Assembly (NCBI GenBank): GCA_036499225.1
Contig: DASYEC010000122.1
Span: 22,752-86,751, forward strand
DNA length: 64,000 nt
Direction: 5' to 3'
DNA from: Conexibacter sp.
Lineage (GTDB): Bacteria > Actinomycetota > Thermoleophilia > Solirubrobacterales > Solirubrobacteraceae
Within the stretch, counting starts at the first letter, position 1. Each line of letters begins with the position of its first letter. Positions 22,859-33,694 of the stretch are shown here, one piece after another. A model generated the notes under the pieces. The model saw only the letters and a program-made list of their open reading frames with translations, was not told the DNA's origin and made no database searches. The translations under genes were made by a program, and so were the position numbers.

Positions 22859-23307
22859 GCATCGTCCAGCCGGGCGCGCCCGCGCCCGAGTTCACCTTGC
22901 AGCGCGAGGACGGCGGGTCCTTCACACGGGAGGACCTCGCCGGCAGAACGACGGTTTTGGTGTTCTACCCGTTCGCGTTCAGCCCGGTCTGCACCGACCA
23001 GCTCAACCTCTACGAAGAGGTCAGAGACGAGTTCACGGCACAAGGCGCCACGCTGTACGGCGTCTCGTGTGACTCGAGCTGGACGCAGAGAGCGTTCAAA
23101 GAGAAGCTCGGCATCACGATCGAGCAGCTCTCCGACTTCGAGCCCAAGGGCGCCGCATGCAAGGCGTTCGGCGTCCTGCACGAGGGCGGCTTCCCGCAGC
23201 GGGCGCTTGTGATCGTCGGGCCCGACAGGGTCGTCAGATGGTCGTACATGGCGCCGTCGCCCGGCGACCTCCCCGGCGCCAACCTGATCTTCGACGGGCT
23301 CGCGTAA
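22855..23307 (+). CDS. peroxiredoxin (AhpC/TSA family, AhpE-like)
   Basis: GTG at 22855 overlaps the rpsO stop (GTGA). APEFTL and the peroxidatic Cys context [13 protein letters not shown]. Confidence 0.82.
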   Translation: MSIVQPGAPAPEFTLQREDGGSFTREDLAGRTTVLVFYPFAFSPVCTDQLNLYEEVRDEFTAQGATLYGVSCDSSWTQRAFKEKLGITIEQLSDFEPKGAACKAFGVLHEGGFPQRALVIVGPDRVVRWSYMAPSPGDLPGANLIFDGLA

Positions 23308-23428
23308 AGCTGCGGCCTGGGGCCTTGCTTTCCGTAGGAAGAGCTCGCCAAGAGGCTCGCTCTTCGCGTAAAGCTGCGGCCTGCGGCCTTGCTTTCCGTA
23401 GGAAGGGCTCGCCAAGAGGCTCGCTCTT
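23301..23428. repeat. 64-bp direct tandem repeat, two copies, 2 mismatches
   Basis: Copy 1 is 23301-23364 and copy 2 is 23365-23428, differing at unit positions 20 and 42. Copy 1 includes the peroxiredoxin stop TAA (23305-23307). Each unit carries two imperfect hairpins. Confidence 0.9.
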
Positions 23429-23463
23429 CCGATCCCTCCGTCTTTCGGTGACAGAGTGAGCAG

Positions 23464-23970
23464 ATGGCCATGAGCCCGCTTTCCAGCGCGCCGCTGCCGC
23501 CGCCGAGCACCGAAGACCACCGCGACGGCCCGCCCGACCGCGCGCTCGCGATCGTTTACGCCGACTACGAGTGCCCGTATTGCGCGGTGCTCGAAGAACG
23601 GCTCGTCGCGATCGGGGCGCAGCGGGTCTTCCGCCACTTTCCGGTCAAGTCGAAGCATCCCCGCGCTTGGGCAGCCGCTTGCGCGGCCGAGGCCGCCGGC
23701 TTGCAGGGACGCTTCTGGGAGATGCACCGCTCGCTGTTCGACGACCAGGGCCGGCTCGAGGACCCGCATCTGTGGGACCGCGCCGAGCGGCTCGGGCTCG
23801 ACGTCGCGCGCTTCGACGCCGACCGTCGCTCTGAGGCGGTCCGCGAGCGCGTCGCGCGCGACTTCACCAGCGGCGTGCGAGCCGGCGTCGTAACGACGCC
23901 GACGCTGTTTCTCGACGGCAAGGCGCACCCCGGTCTGCCGAACGACGAACTGCTCGCGCTGCTGCGCTGA
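23464..23970 (+). CDS. DsbA-family thioredoxin-fold protein
   Basis: Active-site CPYC (YADYECPYCAVLE) and the C-terminal TPTLFLDG motif. Confidence 0.78.
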   Translation: MAMSPLSSAPLPPPSTEDHRDGPPDRALAIVYADYECPYCAVLEERLVAIGAQRVFRHFPVKSKHPRAWAAACAAEAAGLQGRFWEMHRSLFDDQGRLEDPHLWDRAERLGLDVARFDADRRSEAVRERVARDFTSGVRAGVVTTPTLFLDGKAHPGLPNDELLALLR

Positions 23971-24085
23971 TCTCCGCCAATACGCAGGCACTTCGCCCCA
24001 GTCTCGCTACGATGACGGGGTTCTGTACAGAAAAGACGCAAAGCACTCCGCCATCCGAAGCGCGGAGCAGAAGGGAACTACCTAC

Positions 24086-26359
<2,274 letters not shown>

Positions 26360-26386
26360 TCGCGAAGCGGTAAGGCGAGCCAGGTC

Positions 26387-27667
26387 GTGACTGACCATCG
26401 GATCACCGAGCTGGGCTCGGGCGTGCGGATCGTGACGGAGGCAGTGCCCTCCGTCCGGTCCGTCTCGCTGGGGTACTGGATCGGCACCGGCTCGCGGGGC
26501 GAGAGCGACGCCCAGGCGGGCCTCTCTCACCTGATCGAGCACCTGCTGTTCAAGGGCACCGAGAGATACGAGTCGCTCGAGATCGACCAGCTGTTCGACG
26601 GCATGGGCGCCGAGCTCAACGCCGGCACGGGCAAGGAGACGACCTCCGTCTACTCGCGCGTGATCGACGAGCACCTCGACCTCGCCTTCGACGTCATGAG
26701 CGAGATGGTCTTCAAGCCCTCGTTCGTTGACATCGACAGCGAGCGCGAAGTGATCCTCGAAGAGATCGCGATGTACGAGGACGACCCGCAGGACAGAATC
26801 TTCGACGTCCTCGGCGAGGCGGTTTTCGGCGACCATCCGCTCGGGCGGGCGATCATCGGCACGAGGGACGTCGTCGCCGGCACGCCGGTCGACGCGATAC
26901 GCGCCTTCCACGACGAGCGCTACGTCGCCTCCAACATCGTGATCGCGGCCGCTGGCGCGATCGACCACGACCAGCTCGTCGAGCTGGCCGCGACGCGCGT
27001 GCCCAACGGCGCGCGCAGCGCCGACGCCCCAGTCCCGCTGGCGGCGCCGGCAGCGCTGGCGCCACGCGTGCGCTTCGAGGCGAAGGACACCGAGCAGTAC
27101 CACGTCTGCATAGGCGGACCGGGGATCGCGCGCGACGACGAGCGGCGCTACGCGCTGCGCGTGCTCGACACGGTCTTCGGCGGCACCTCCTCCTCGCGCC
27201 TCTTCCAAGAGGTGCGCGAGAAGCGGGGGCTTGCCTACGCCGTCTACTCGTTCAGCGGCCAGTTCGCCGACAGCGGCCAGGTCGGCCTCTACGTCGGCAC
27301 GCGCGCCGACAACCTCGCGCCCGCGCTCGAGGTCGTCGCGCAGGAGCTCGAGCGGCTGCAGCGCGAGCCGGCGACGGCTGAGGAGCTGCAGCGCGCGAAG
27401 GAGAACCTGAAGGGCCGCGTCGTGCTGTCGATGGAGTCGATGGGGGCGCGCATGAACAAGCTGGGCGCCAACGTCCTCGCCGGCACGCCGCTGCTGTCGA
27501 TCGACGAGGTCGTCGAGCAGATCGACGGCGTCACGCTCGACACGATCGCCGAGCTGGCGCACGAGCTGTTCGCGCCCCAGCTGCTGTCGACCGCGGGGAT
27601 CGGCCCCGACGAGTCGGTTTTCAGAGCGGCGCTTGGCCCGCTCTCCAACACACCCGCAGGAGCCTGA
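26387..27667 (+). CDS. M16-family zinc peptidase (PepR-like)
   Basis: GTG start. Inverted zinc motif HLIEHLLFKGT (HxxEH). In the conserved position after pnp. Confidence 0.85.
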   Translation: MTDHRITELGSGVRIVTEAVPSVRSVSLGYWIGTGSRGESDAQAGLSHLIEHLLFKGTERYESLEIDQLFDGMGAELNAGTGKETTSVYSRVIDEHLDLAFDVMSEMVFKPSFVDIDSEREVILEEIAMYEDDPQDRIFDVLGEAVFGDHPLGRAIIGTRDVVAGTPVDAIRAFHDERYVASNIVIAAAGAIDHDQLVELAATRVPNGARSADAPVPLAAPAALAPRVRFEAKDTEQYHVCIGGPGIARDDERRYALRVLDTVFGGTSSSRLFQEVREKRGLAYAVYSFSGQFADSGQVGLYVGTRADNLAPALEVVAQELERLQREPATAEELQRAKENLKGRVVLSMESMGARMNKLGANVLAGTPLLSIDEVVEQIDGVTLDTIAELAHELFAPQLLSTAGIGPDESVFRAALGPLSNTPAGA

Positions 27668-27674
27668 CGCAACG

Positions 27675-28331
27675 ATGATCCGAGTCGCCGTCGCCGGCGC
27701 TGCCGGCCGCATGGGCGCCACCGTCTGCGACGCCGTCGAGGGTGCGCCGGACATGGAGCTGACTGGCCGCGCCGACCCGGCGCTCGGCACGACGCTTGCA
27801 GAGGTCTTGCCGAACGCCGACGTCGTCGTCGACTTCACGCGCCCCGACACCGCGCTCGCCAACGCGCTGGAATGCGTTGCGGCGGGCGTGCACGTCGTGA
27901 TCGGGACCTCGGGCTTCGACATCGAGCCGCTGCGCAGCGCCAGAGGCGCGAACGTCTTCTTCGGCCCGAACTTCGCGATCGGCGCCGTGCTGATGACGAA
28001 GTTCGCCGCCGAGGCGGCGAAGCACATGGCGAAGGCCGAGATCATCGAGCTGCACCACGACAGAAAGCTCGACGCGCCGAGCGGCACCGCCGCGCACACG
28101 GCGCGGCTGATCGCCGAGGCGACCGGGGGAGAGGCGCCGCCGATCCACTCGATCCGGCTGCCCGGGCTCGTCGCCCACCAGGAGGTCATCTTCGGAGACC
28201 TCGGGCAGACGCTGACGATCCGTCACGACTCGCTCGACCGCGTCGGCTTCATGCCGGGCGTGCTGCTGGCCGTCCGCAGAGTGGGGTCGCTTGCGACCTC
28301 GCCGGTCGTCGGGCTCGAGCACCTGCTGTAG
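27675..28331 (+). CDS. dapB: 4-hydroxy-tetrahydrodipicolinate reductase
   Basis: ATG at 27675 (MIRVAVAGAAGRMG). ELHHDRKLDAPSGTA motif. Confidence 0.9.
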   Translation: MIRVAVAGAAGRMGATVCDAVEGAPDMELTGRADPALGTTLAEVLPNADVVVDFTRPDTALANALECVAAGVHVVIGTSGFDIEPLRSARGANVFFGPNFAIGAVLMTKFAAEAAKHMAKAEIIELHHDRKLDAPSGTAAHTARLIAEATGGEAPPIHSIRLPGLVAHQEVIFGDLGQTLTIRHDSLDRVGFMPGVLLAVRRVGSLATSPVVGLEHLL

Positions 28332-28385
28332 CGCGGCCGGTTGCGGCGGCCCGCTGCGCCGCCGCCCGGCGGGTAGGTTGAGGGT

Positions 28386-28709
28386 GTGCTCGTCGCCGTC
28401 ACCGACCATGCCGTGGAGCGCTTCCGCCAGCGCGTCGGCTCGCGCACGGGCGCGCTCGACCCGAGACCTGAGATCGCCGCGCGCGTCAGCGACGCGTGGG
28501 CGGCCGGCCGCTGGAGCGACGTGCCACCGCCCGGCGCCAACGCGGCGCGCGGCTCGGTCTATGTGCGCGACCTCGTCGACCGCGACCTGCTGTTCGTCTG
28601 CCGCTTGGACCGCGCCGCGCAGGAGCTCGTCGTAATCTCGCTATGGGAGGCCGGCCGGCTCGGGAGGCCGCGCGTGCCGCGGCGCTTCACCGATGCGCTA
28701 CGCCGTTGA
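28386..28709 (+). CDS. hypothetical small protein
   Basis: 107 aa, GTG start, balanced N-terminal composition (VAVTDHAVERFRQR...). No family recognised. Confidence 0.4.
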   Translation: MLVAVTDHAVERFRQRVGSRTGALDPRPEIAARVSDAWAAGRWSDVPPPGANAARGSVYVRDLVDRDLLFVCRLDRAAQELVVISLWEAGRLGRPRVPRRFTDALRR

Positions 28710-28810
28710 GCGTCGAGCCGCCGCCAGCGGCCCGTCACGCACGTCACGGTGATGGCCGTCGCGCCAGCGACGGGACACCCGACCGCTGACCTTGCGATAA
28801 TGATCCGCCG

Positions 28811-29671
28811 ATGTCAGCGCTTGGCCGCATCCTCACCGCGATGGTCACCCCGTTCGACGCGCAGCTGCGCGTCGACGAGGAGGCAACCCTCCGTCTCGCC
28901 AACCACCTCGTCGCCCACGGCTCGGACGGCCTCGTCGTCTGCGGCACGACGGGCGAGGCGACGACGCTCACCGACGAGGAGCACCTCCGCGTCATCGAGC
29001 TGGTCGTGCAGGAGATGAAGGGCCGCGCGACGGTCGTCGCGGGAGTCGGCTCCAACGACACCCACCACGCGGTCTACCTGACGGAGAAGGCGACCGCGCT
29101 CGGCGTCGACGGGCTGCTGCATGTGACGCCCTATTACAACCGCCCGAACCGGCGCGGGATGGTCGCGCACTTCTCAGCGTGCGCCGAGGCGACTGACAGA
29201 CCGATCGTGCTCTACAACATCCCCTCGCGCACCGGCACGGACATGCCCAACGACCTGCTTGCCGAGCTCGCCCAGCTTGACAACGTGATGGCGGTCAAGC
29301 AGGCCAACGCCGACAACCTCGCGCTGGTCGACGGGCTTGACCTGTACGCCGGCAACGACGACATCTTCGCCGACGTGCTCGACCTCGGCGGCGCCGGCGG
29401 CATCCTGGTCGCCAGCCACGTGGTCGGCGACCAGATGCGGCGGATGATCGACGAGCCCGAGAACCGCCGCGAGATCGACGGCGAGCTGCGCGAGGTTTAC
29501 GCCGCGATGGGCGTGACGACGAACCCGACTCCGGTCAAGGCAGCGCTCAACCTGCTCGGCCACGACGTCGGCGGCCTGCGCCTGCCGATGGTCGAGGCCG
29601 ACGAGCGCGAGCTGGCGGTCGTGCGCACCGCGCTCGAGCGCCTCGGCCTGCTGACGACGGCGTCCGCGTGA
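28811..29671 (+). CDS. dapA: 4-hydroxy-tetrahydrodipicolinate synthase
   Basis: TAMVTPF, GTTGE, YNRP, and the Schiff-base Lys context AVKQA. Confidence 0.92.
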   Translation: MSALGRILTAMVTPFDAQLRVDEEATLRLANHLVAHGSDGLVVCGTTGEATTLTDEEHLRVIELVVQEMKGRATVVAGVGSNDTHHAVYLTEKATALGVDGLLHVTPYYNRPNRRGMVAHFSACAEATDRPIVLYNIPSRTGTDMPNDLLAELAQLDNVMAVKQANADNLALVDGLDLYAGNDDIFADVLDLGGAGGILVASHVVGDQMRRMIDEPENRREIDGELREVYAAMGVTTNPTPVKAALNLLGHDVGGLRLPMVEADERELAVVRTALERLGLLTTASA

Positions 29672-29753
29672 CGGCGCACGCTCGCGCCCTGACGACTTGG
29701 CTTCCCGGCGGGAACTCGCCAGAGGCACATTCCCGCAAGCACGAGGTGAATCG

Positions 29754-31421
29754 ATGAGTGGGCCTTTGCGCGTCCTGCCGCTTGGCGGCCTGGGCGAGAT
29801 CGGCAAGAACATGACGGTCGTGGAGTACGACGGCCGCATGATCGTCGTCGACACGGGCTTGCGCTTCCCGACCGCCGAGCAGCTCGGCATCGACCTCGTC
29901 CTGCCGGACTTCAGCTATCTGCGCGGCCGCGTCGAGGACATCGAGGCGATCGTCATCACGCACGGCCACGAGGACCACCTCGGCGCGCTGCCGTGGGTGC
30001 TGCGCGAGCTTGGCGTCGCTGACGCCCCGCCGGTCTACGCCGGCCCGCTCGCGATCGCGATGGCGCGCTCCAAGCTCGACGAGCACCGCATCAGAGACAT
30101 CGAGCTGGAGGAGGTGAGTGATGGGGAGACGATCGAGGCCGGCCCGTTCGACATCGAGCTGATCCACATGACGCACTCGATTCCGGACTCGAACGCCGTC
30201 GCGATCACGACCGACCTCGGCACGATCCTCATAACCGGCGACTACAAGTTCGACCAGACGCCGGTCGACGGCCGTCCCGCTGACATGGCGCGCCTCGCCG
30301 AGCTCGGCAGAGACGGGCTGCTGCTGCTGTGCGGCGACTCGACGAACGCCGACCGCCCCGGCTACTCGCCGTCAGAGGCTGGCGTCGGGCCGCACCTCGA
30401 AGAGGTCTTCAGCCGCTGCGAGGGCCGCATCGTCGTGACGAGCTTCGCGTCGAACATCCACCGCGTCCAGCAGGTCGTCGACGCTGCCGCCGCGCTCAAC
30501 CGCAAGGTCGCGCTGGTCGGCCGCTCGATGCGCAAGAACGTCAACATCGGCCGCTCGCTCGGGCACATCGAGGTGCCCGAAGGGATGCTGATCCAGCCGC
30601 GCGAGATCGAGGACTTCCCCGACCACCGCGTCGTGATCGTGTCGACCGGCTCCCAGGGCGAGCCGCTCTCAGCGCTGCGGCGGATGGCGCACAACGACCA
30701 CCGCCAGGTGAGACTGCGCGAGGGCGACACGGTCGTCTTCTCGGCGACGCCGATCCCAGGCAACGAGCGCGCCGTCAACGAGACGATCGACCGCCTCTAC
30801 CACATCGGCTGCGACGTGATCACGACCGCCGACGCGCCGGTCCACGCCTCCGGCCACGGCTATCAGGAGGAGCTGAAGCTGATGCTCAACCTGACGCGGC
30901 CGAGATACGTGCTGCCGATGCACGGCGACTTCAAGCGGATCCACCTGCACGCGCAGCTGGCCGAGTCGGTCGGGATCGACCCCGACGCGATCTTCCAGGG
31001 CGAGAACGGCCTGCCGCTCGAGATCGACGAGCGCGGCGCCCGCTTCGGCGACAAGGTCCAGTCGGGAATGATCTTCGTCGACGGCGTCGACATCGGCGAC
31101 CCCGCCGACGTCGCGCTGCGCGACCGCAGGATGCTGTCTGCCGACGGCATCTTCATCGTCGTCGCGACGATCTCCGAGCAGGACGGCCACTCGGTCGCCC
31201 CGCCCGAGGTGATCTTCCGCGGCGTGCCGTTCCTCGAGCAGGCCGACGAGCTGATCGAGGAGATCCGCGGCGCGGTCGAGTCGTCGCTCGCGCAGGCGTC
31301 GAGAGACAGCGTGCGCGAGGTCGACCTGCTCCAGCAGCAGCTGCACGACGACCTCGCCGCCTTCGTCTACGACCGGCTCAGACGGCGCCCGATGGTGCTG
31401 CCGGTCGTCGTCGAGGTGTAG
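29754..31421 (+). CDS. rnj: ribonuclease J
   Basis: ATG at 29754 after GAGGTG. Metallo-beta-lactamase motif THGHEDHLGA, beta-CASP, HASGH. 555 aa. Confidence 0.92.
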   Translation: MSGPLRVLPLGGLGEIGKNMTVVEYDGRMIVVDTGLRFPTAEQLGIDLVLPDFSYLRGRVEDIEAIVITHGHEDHLGALPWVLRELGVADAPPVYAGPLAIAMARSKLDEHRIRDIELEEVSDGETIEAGPFDIELIHMTHSIPDSNAVAITTDLGTILITGDYKFDQTPVDGRPADMARLAELGRDGLLLLCGDSTNADRPGYSPSEAGVGPHLEEVFSRCEGRIVVTSFASNIHRVQQVVDAAAALNRKVALVGRSMRKNVNIGRSLGHIEVPEGMLIQPREIEDFPDHRVVIVSTGSQGEPLSALRRMAHNDHRQVRLREGDTVVFSATPIPGNERAVNETIDRLYHIGCDVITTADAPVHASGHGYQEELKLMLNLTRPRYVLPMHGDFKRIHLHAQLAESVGIDPDAIFQGENGLPLEIDERGARFGDKVQSGMIFVDGVDIGDPADVALRDRRMLSADGIFIVVATISEQDGHSVAPPEVIFRGVPFLEQADELIEEIRGAVESSLAQASRDSVREVDLLQQQLHDDLAAFVYDRLRRRPMVLPVVVEV

Positions 31422-31427
31422 GGGCGC

Positions 31428-32897
31428 TCAGACGCTCGTCGCGTGCGGCGCGGGGCGCTCGATCGCTGGCAGCCGCACGACGAAGCGCGCGCCGCCCTGC
31501 GGCGGCGACTCGACGGTGACCGCGCCGCCATGTCCCTCGGCGACCGCGCGCACGATCGCGAGGCCGAGGCCCGACCCGCCGCCGCCGTCGCCGCCACCGC
31601 GCACGAAGCGGTCGAAGAGGCGGTCGCGCAGGTGCTCGGGGATCCCCGGCCCGTCGTCCTCAACCGTCAGCACGACGTCGCCGCCGTCATGCGCCAGCGC
31701 CGCGTGGACGTGCGCGCCGGGCGGCGTGTGGCGTAGCGCGTTCTCGATCAGGTTGAGCGCGAGCCGATGCAGCTCGTCGACGGAGCCCGAGACGAACGCC
31801 CCGCCACCGGTCTCGATCGACAGCTCGTGGTCGCCAGCGACCGGCTCGAGCTCGGCGGCGACGTCGACGAGCACCTGCGAGAGGTCGGTCGGCGTGTGTG
31901 GGACGACGCGGCCGGCGTCGGCGCGGGCGAGCAGCAGCAGGTCGGCGACGAGCCGGCGCATCCGCCGCGAGGAGCGCAGCGCGGAGGCGGCCGCGTCGCG
32001 CTGGTCGCCGCGCAGCGTCTCCTCGAGCAGCTCGAGGTTCGCGAGCACAGACGTCAGCGGCGTGCGCAGCTCGTGCGAGGCGTCGGCGACGAACTCCCGC
32101 TGTCGCGCGAGCGTAGCCTCGGTCTCCGTCCGCGCCGCGTCGAGCGCTTTGAGCATCCCGTCGAGCGTGCGAGCCAGCTCGGCGACCTCGTCCTCCGCCT
32201 CCGGCTGGGGGACGTGCTTGCTCGGGTCGCGCGTGCGCTCGATCTCGCGCGCGCTCTCGGTCAGGGCCGAGATCGGCGCCATCGCGCGGCGGGCGACGAG
32301 CAGGCCGGCGGCGAGCGCCAGCGCCGTGCCGCCTATCACGCCGAGCACAAGGAAGAAGCGGACCTTCGCGGTCGTCGCGTTCGTCGCCGAGACTGGGCGG
32401 GCGTAGACGAGCAGGCCCTGATACGGAGAGAAGCCCGAGTACGGCGGCGCGACCAATATGTTGCGGATCTCGACCTGATAGCCGTCCTGCTCGCCGTTCT
32501 TAGCGAGGAAGCTCGGCTGCGCAGGGTTTCTGCCGCCGAACTGGCACATCAGCTTGTACGACGAGCTGTCGGCCGGGTTGTCGGCGTAGAAGACCCGCAC
32601 CTTCGCGTTGTCGGCGCTGGAGACGTCGGCCAGCGAGCCGCAGTCGGCGTTCAGGGTCGTCGGGTCGAAGCGGACTTTCGCGTTCGTCGCGAGGTAGTCA
32701 GCCGAGGAGCGCACCGAGTCGTTGAACTGGATACGGATCTGGCGCGTCGTCAGGAAGCCGACGAGGACCGCGAAGCCGCAGAGGATGACGAAGGTGAGCG
32801 CTGCGGACCCGCCGGCGAGGCGCCAGCGAGTCGGGACCCTACGGTACCCGGAGAACGTAGCCCGCGCCGCGGATCGTATGGAGGAGCCGAGGCTCAC
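31428..32897 (-). CDS. sensor histidine kinase (TM-HAMP-HisKA-HATPase)
   Basis: H-box ASHELRTPLT, N-box NLIENALRHT, G-boxes DDGPGI and GSGLGLAIV. The annotated ATG overlaps the upstream response regulator by 59 nt, so the true start is uncertain. Confidence 0.88.
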   Translation of the reverse strand: MSLGSSIRSAARATFSGYRRVPTRWRLAGGSAALTFVILCGFAVLVGFLTTRQIRIQFNDSVRSSADYLATNAKVRFDPTTLNADCGSLADVSSADNAKVRVFYADNPADSSSYKLMCQFGGRNPAQPSFLAKNGEQDGYQVEIRNILVAPPYSGFSPYQGLLVYARPVSATNATTAKVRFFLVLGVIGGTALALAAGLLVARRAMAPISALTESAREIERTRDPSKHVPQPEAEDEVAELARTLDGMLKALDAARTETEATLARQREFVADASHELRTPLTSVLANLELLEETLRGDQRDAAASALRSSRRMRRLVADLLLLARADAGRVVPHTPTDLSQVLVDVAAELEPVAGDHELSIETGGGAFVSGSVDELHRLALNLIENALRHTPPGAHVHAALAHDGGDVVLTVEDDGPGIPEHLRDRLFDRFVRGGGDGGGGSGLGLAIVRAVAEGHGGAVTVESPPQGGARFVVRLPAIERPAPHATSV

Positions 32898-33528
32898 CGT
32901 CCGCTTCCAGCTTCCGTCGCAGGTTGGAGACGAACACCTCGATCGTGTTCGTCGTCGAGAACGGGTCGTAGCCCCACACCTCGTCGAGCAGCCGCTGGCG
33001 CGAGATCACGATCCGCTCGTTGCGCATCAGGTACTCGAGCAGCTCGAACTCACGCTGCGTCAGCTCGATCGAGCGCTCCGCCCGGTGGACCTCGTGCGTG
33101 TCCGGGTTGAGGCGCAGGTCGCCGACCGTCAGCGGCGCCGAGCCGCGCGGCGGGCGACGGCGCAGCAGCGCACGCAGGCGCGCCAGCAGCTCCTGGCGCT
33201 CGAACGGCTTGACGAGGTAGTCGTCGGCGCCCGCGTCGAGGCCCTCGACGCGGGACTCCAACGCGTCGCGCGCCGTGAGCATGAGGATCGGCACGTCGTC
33301 GCCTCTGCGCAGCGTCTTCGCGACGTCGATGCCGTCGAGCTTGGGCAGCCCGAGGTCGAGGATCACGAGGTCGGGCAGGAAGGCGTGCGCCTCGTCAAGC
33401 GCGCTGACACCGTCGCCGGCGGTGCGAACGTCATAGCCCTCCATCCGCAGCGAGCGCTGGAGGACCTGGGCGATCTCGTCGTCGTCCTCGACGACGAGCA
33501 CACGGGCAGGACGGGCGTAATCGCTCAT
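32839..33528 (-). CDS. OmpR-family response regulator
   Basis: ATG at 33528 (MSDYARPARVLVVEDDD). Receiver Asp in DLVILDLGLP. Winged-helix C-terminus VRGAGYVL. Confidence 0.9.
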   Translation of the reverse strand: MSDYARPARVLVVEDDDEIAQVLQRSLRMEGYDVRTAGDGVSALDEAHAFLPDLVILDLGLPKLDGIDVAKTLRRGDDVPILMLTARDALESRVEGLDAGADDYLVKPFERQELLARLRALLRRRPPRGSAPLTVGDLRLNPDTHEVHRAERSIELTQREFELLEYLMRNERIVISRQRLLDEVWGYDPFSTTNTIEVFVSNLRRKLEADGEPRLLHTIRGAGYVLRVP

Positions 33529-33694
33529 GACTGTCGATGGTAGTCGGGAAACGCCCGCTCCGCGCGGCATTTTAGACAGGCGTTAGCGCTAACACCGGAA
33601 GACAGGGCGCTCTCCAGGCCAGCGACCTGACGCGGGGCTGAAGGCGCGCGGGCAGGCAGGGACCCGGTCGCGCGCGTCGAACGAGAGCTGGAAG

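Noticed and set aside
23301-23428. Possible CRISPR array. The same was considered for the 52204-52355 repeat.
   Set aside because: The copies are directly contiguous with no spacers, there are only two or so units, the unit lengths are 64 and 69 bp, and no cas genes are present. They are tandem duplications, not CRISPR.
32839-32897. The 59-nt overlap between the response regulator and the histidine kinase as a sign of a frameshift or fusion.
   Set aside because: Both frames are intact and carry their complete domains. The overlap most likely reflects an over-extended kinase start call, since no better ATG/GTG was found by eye, rather than a biological anomaly.
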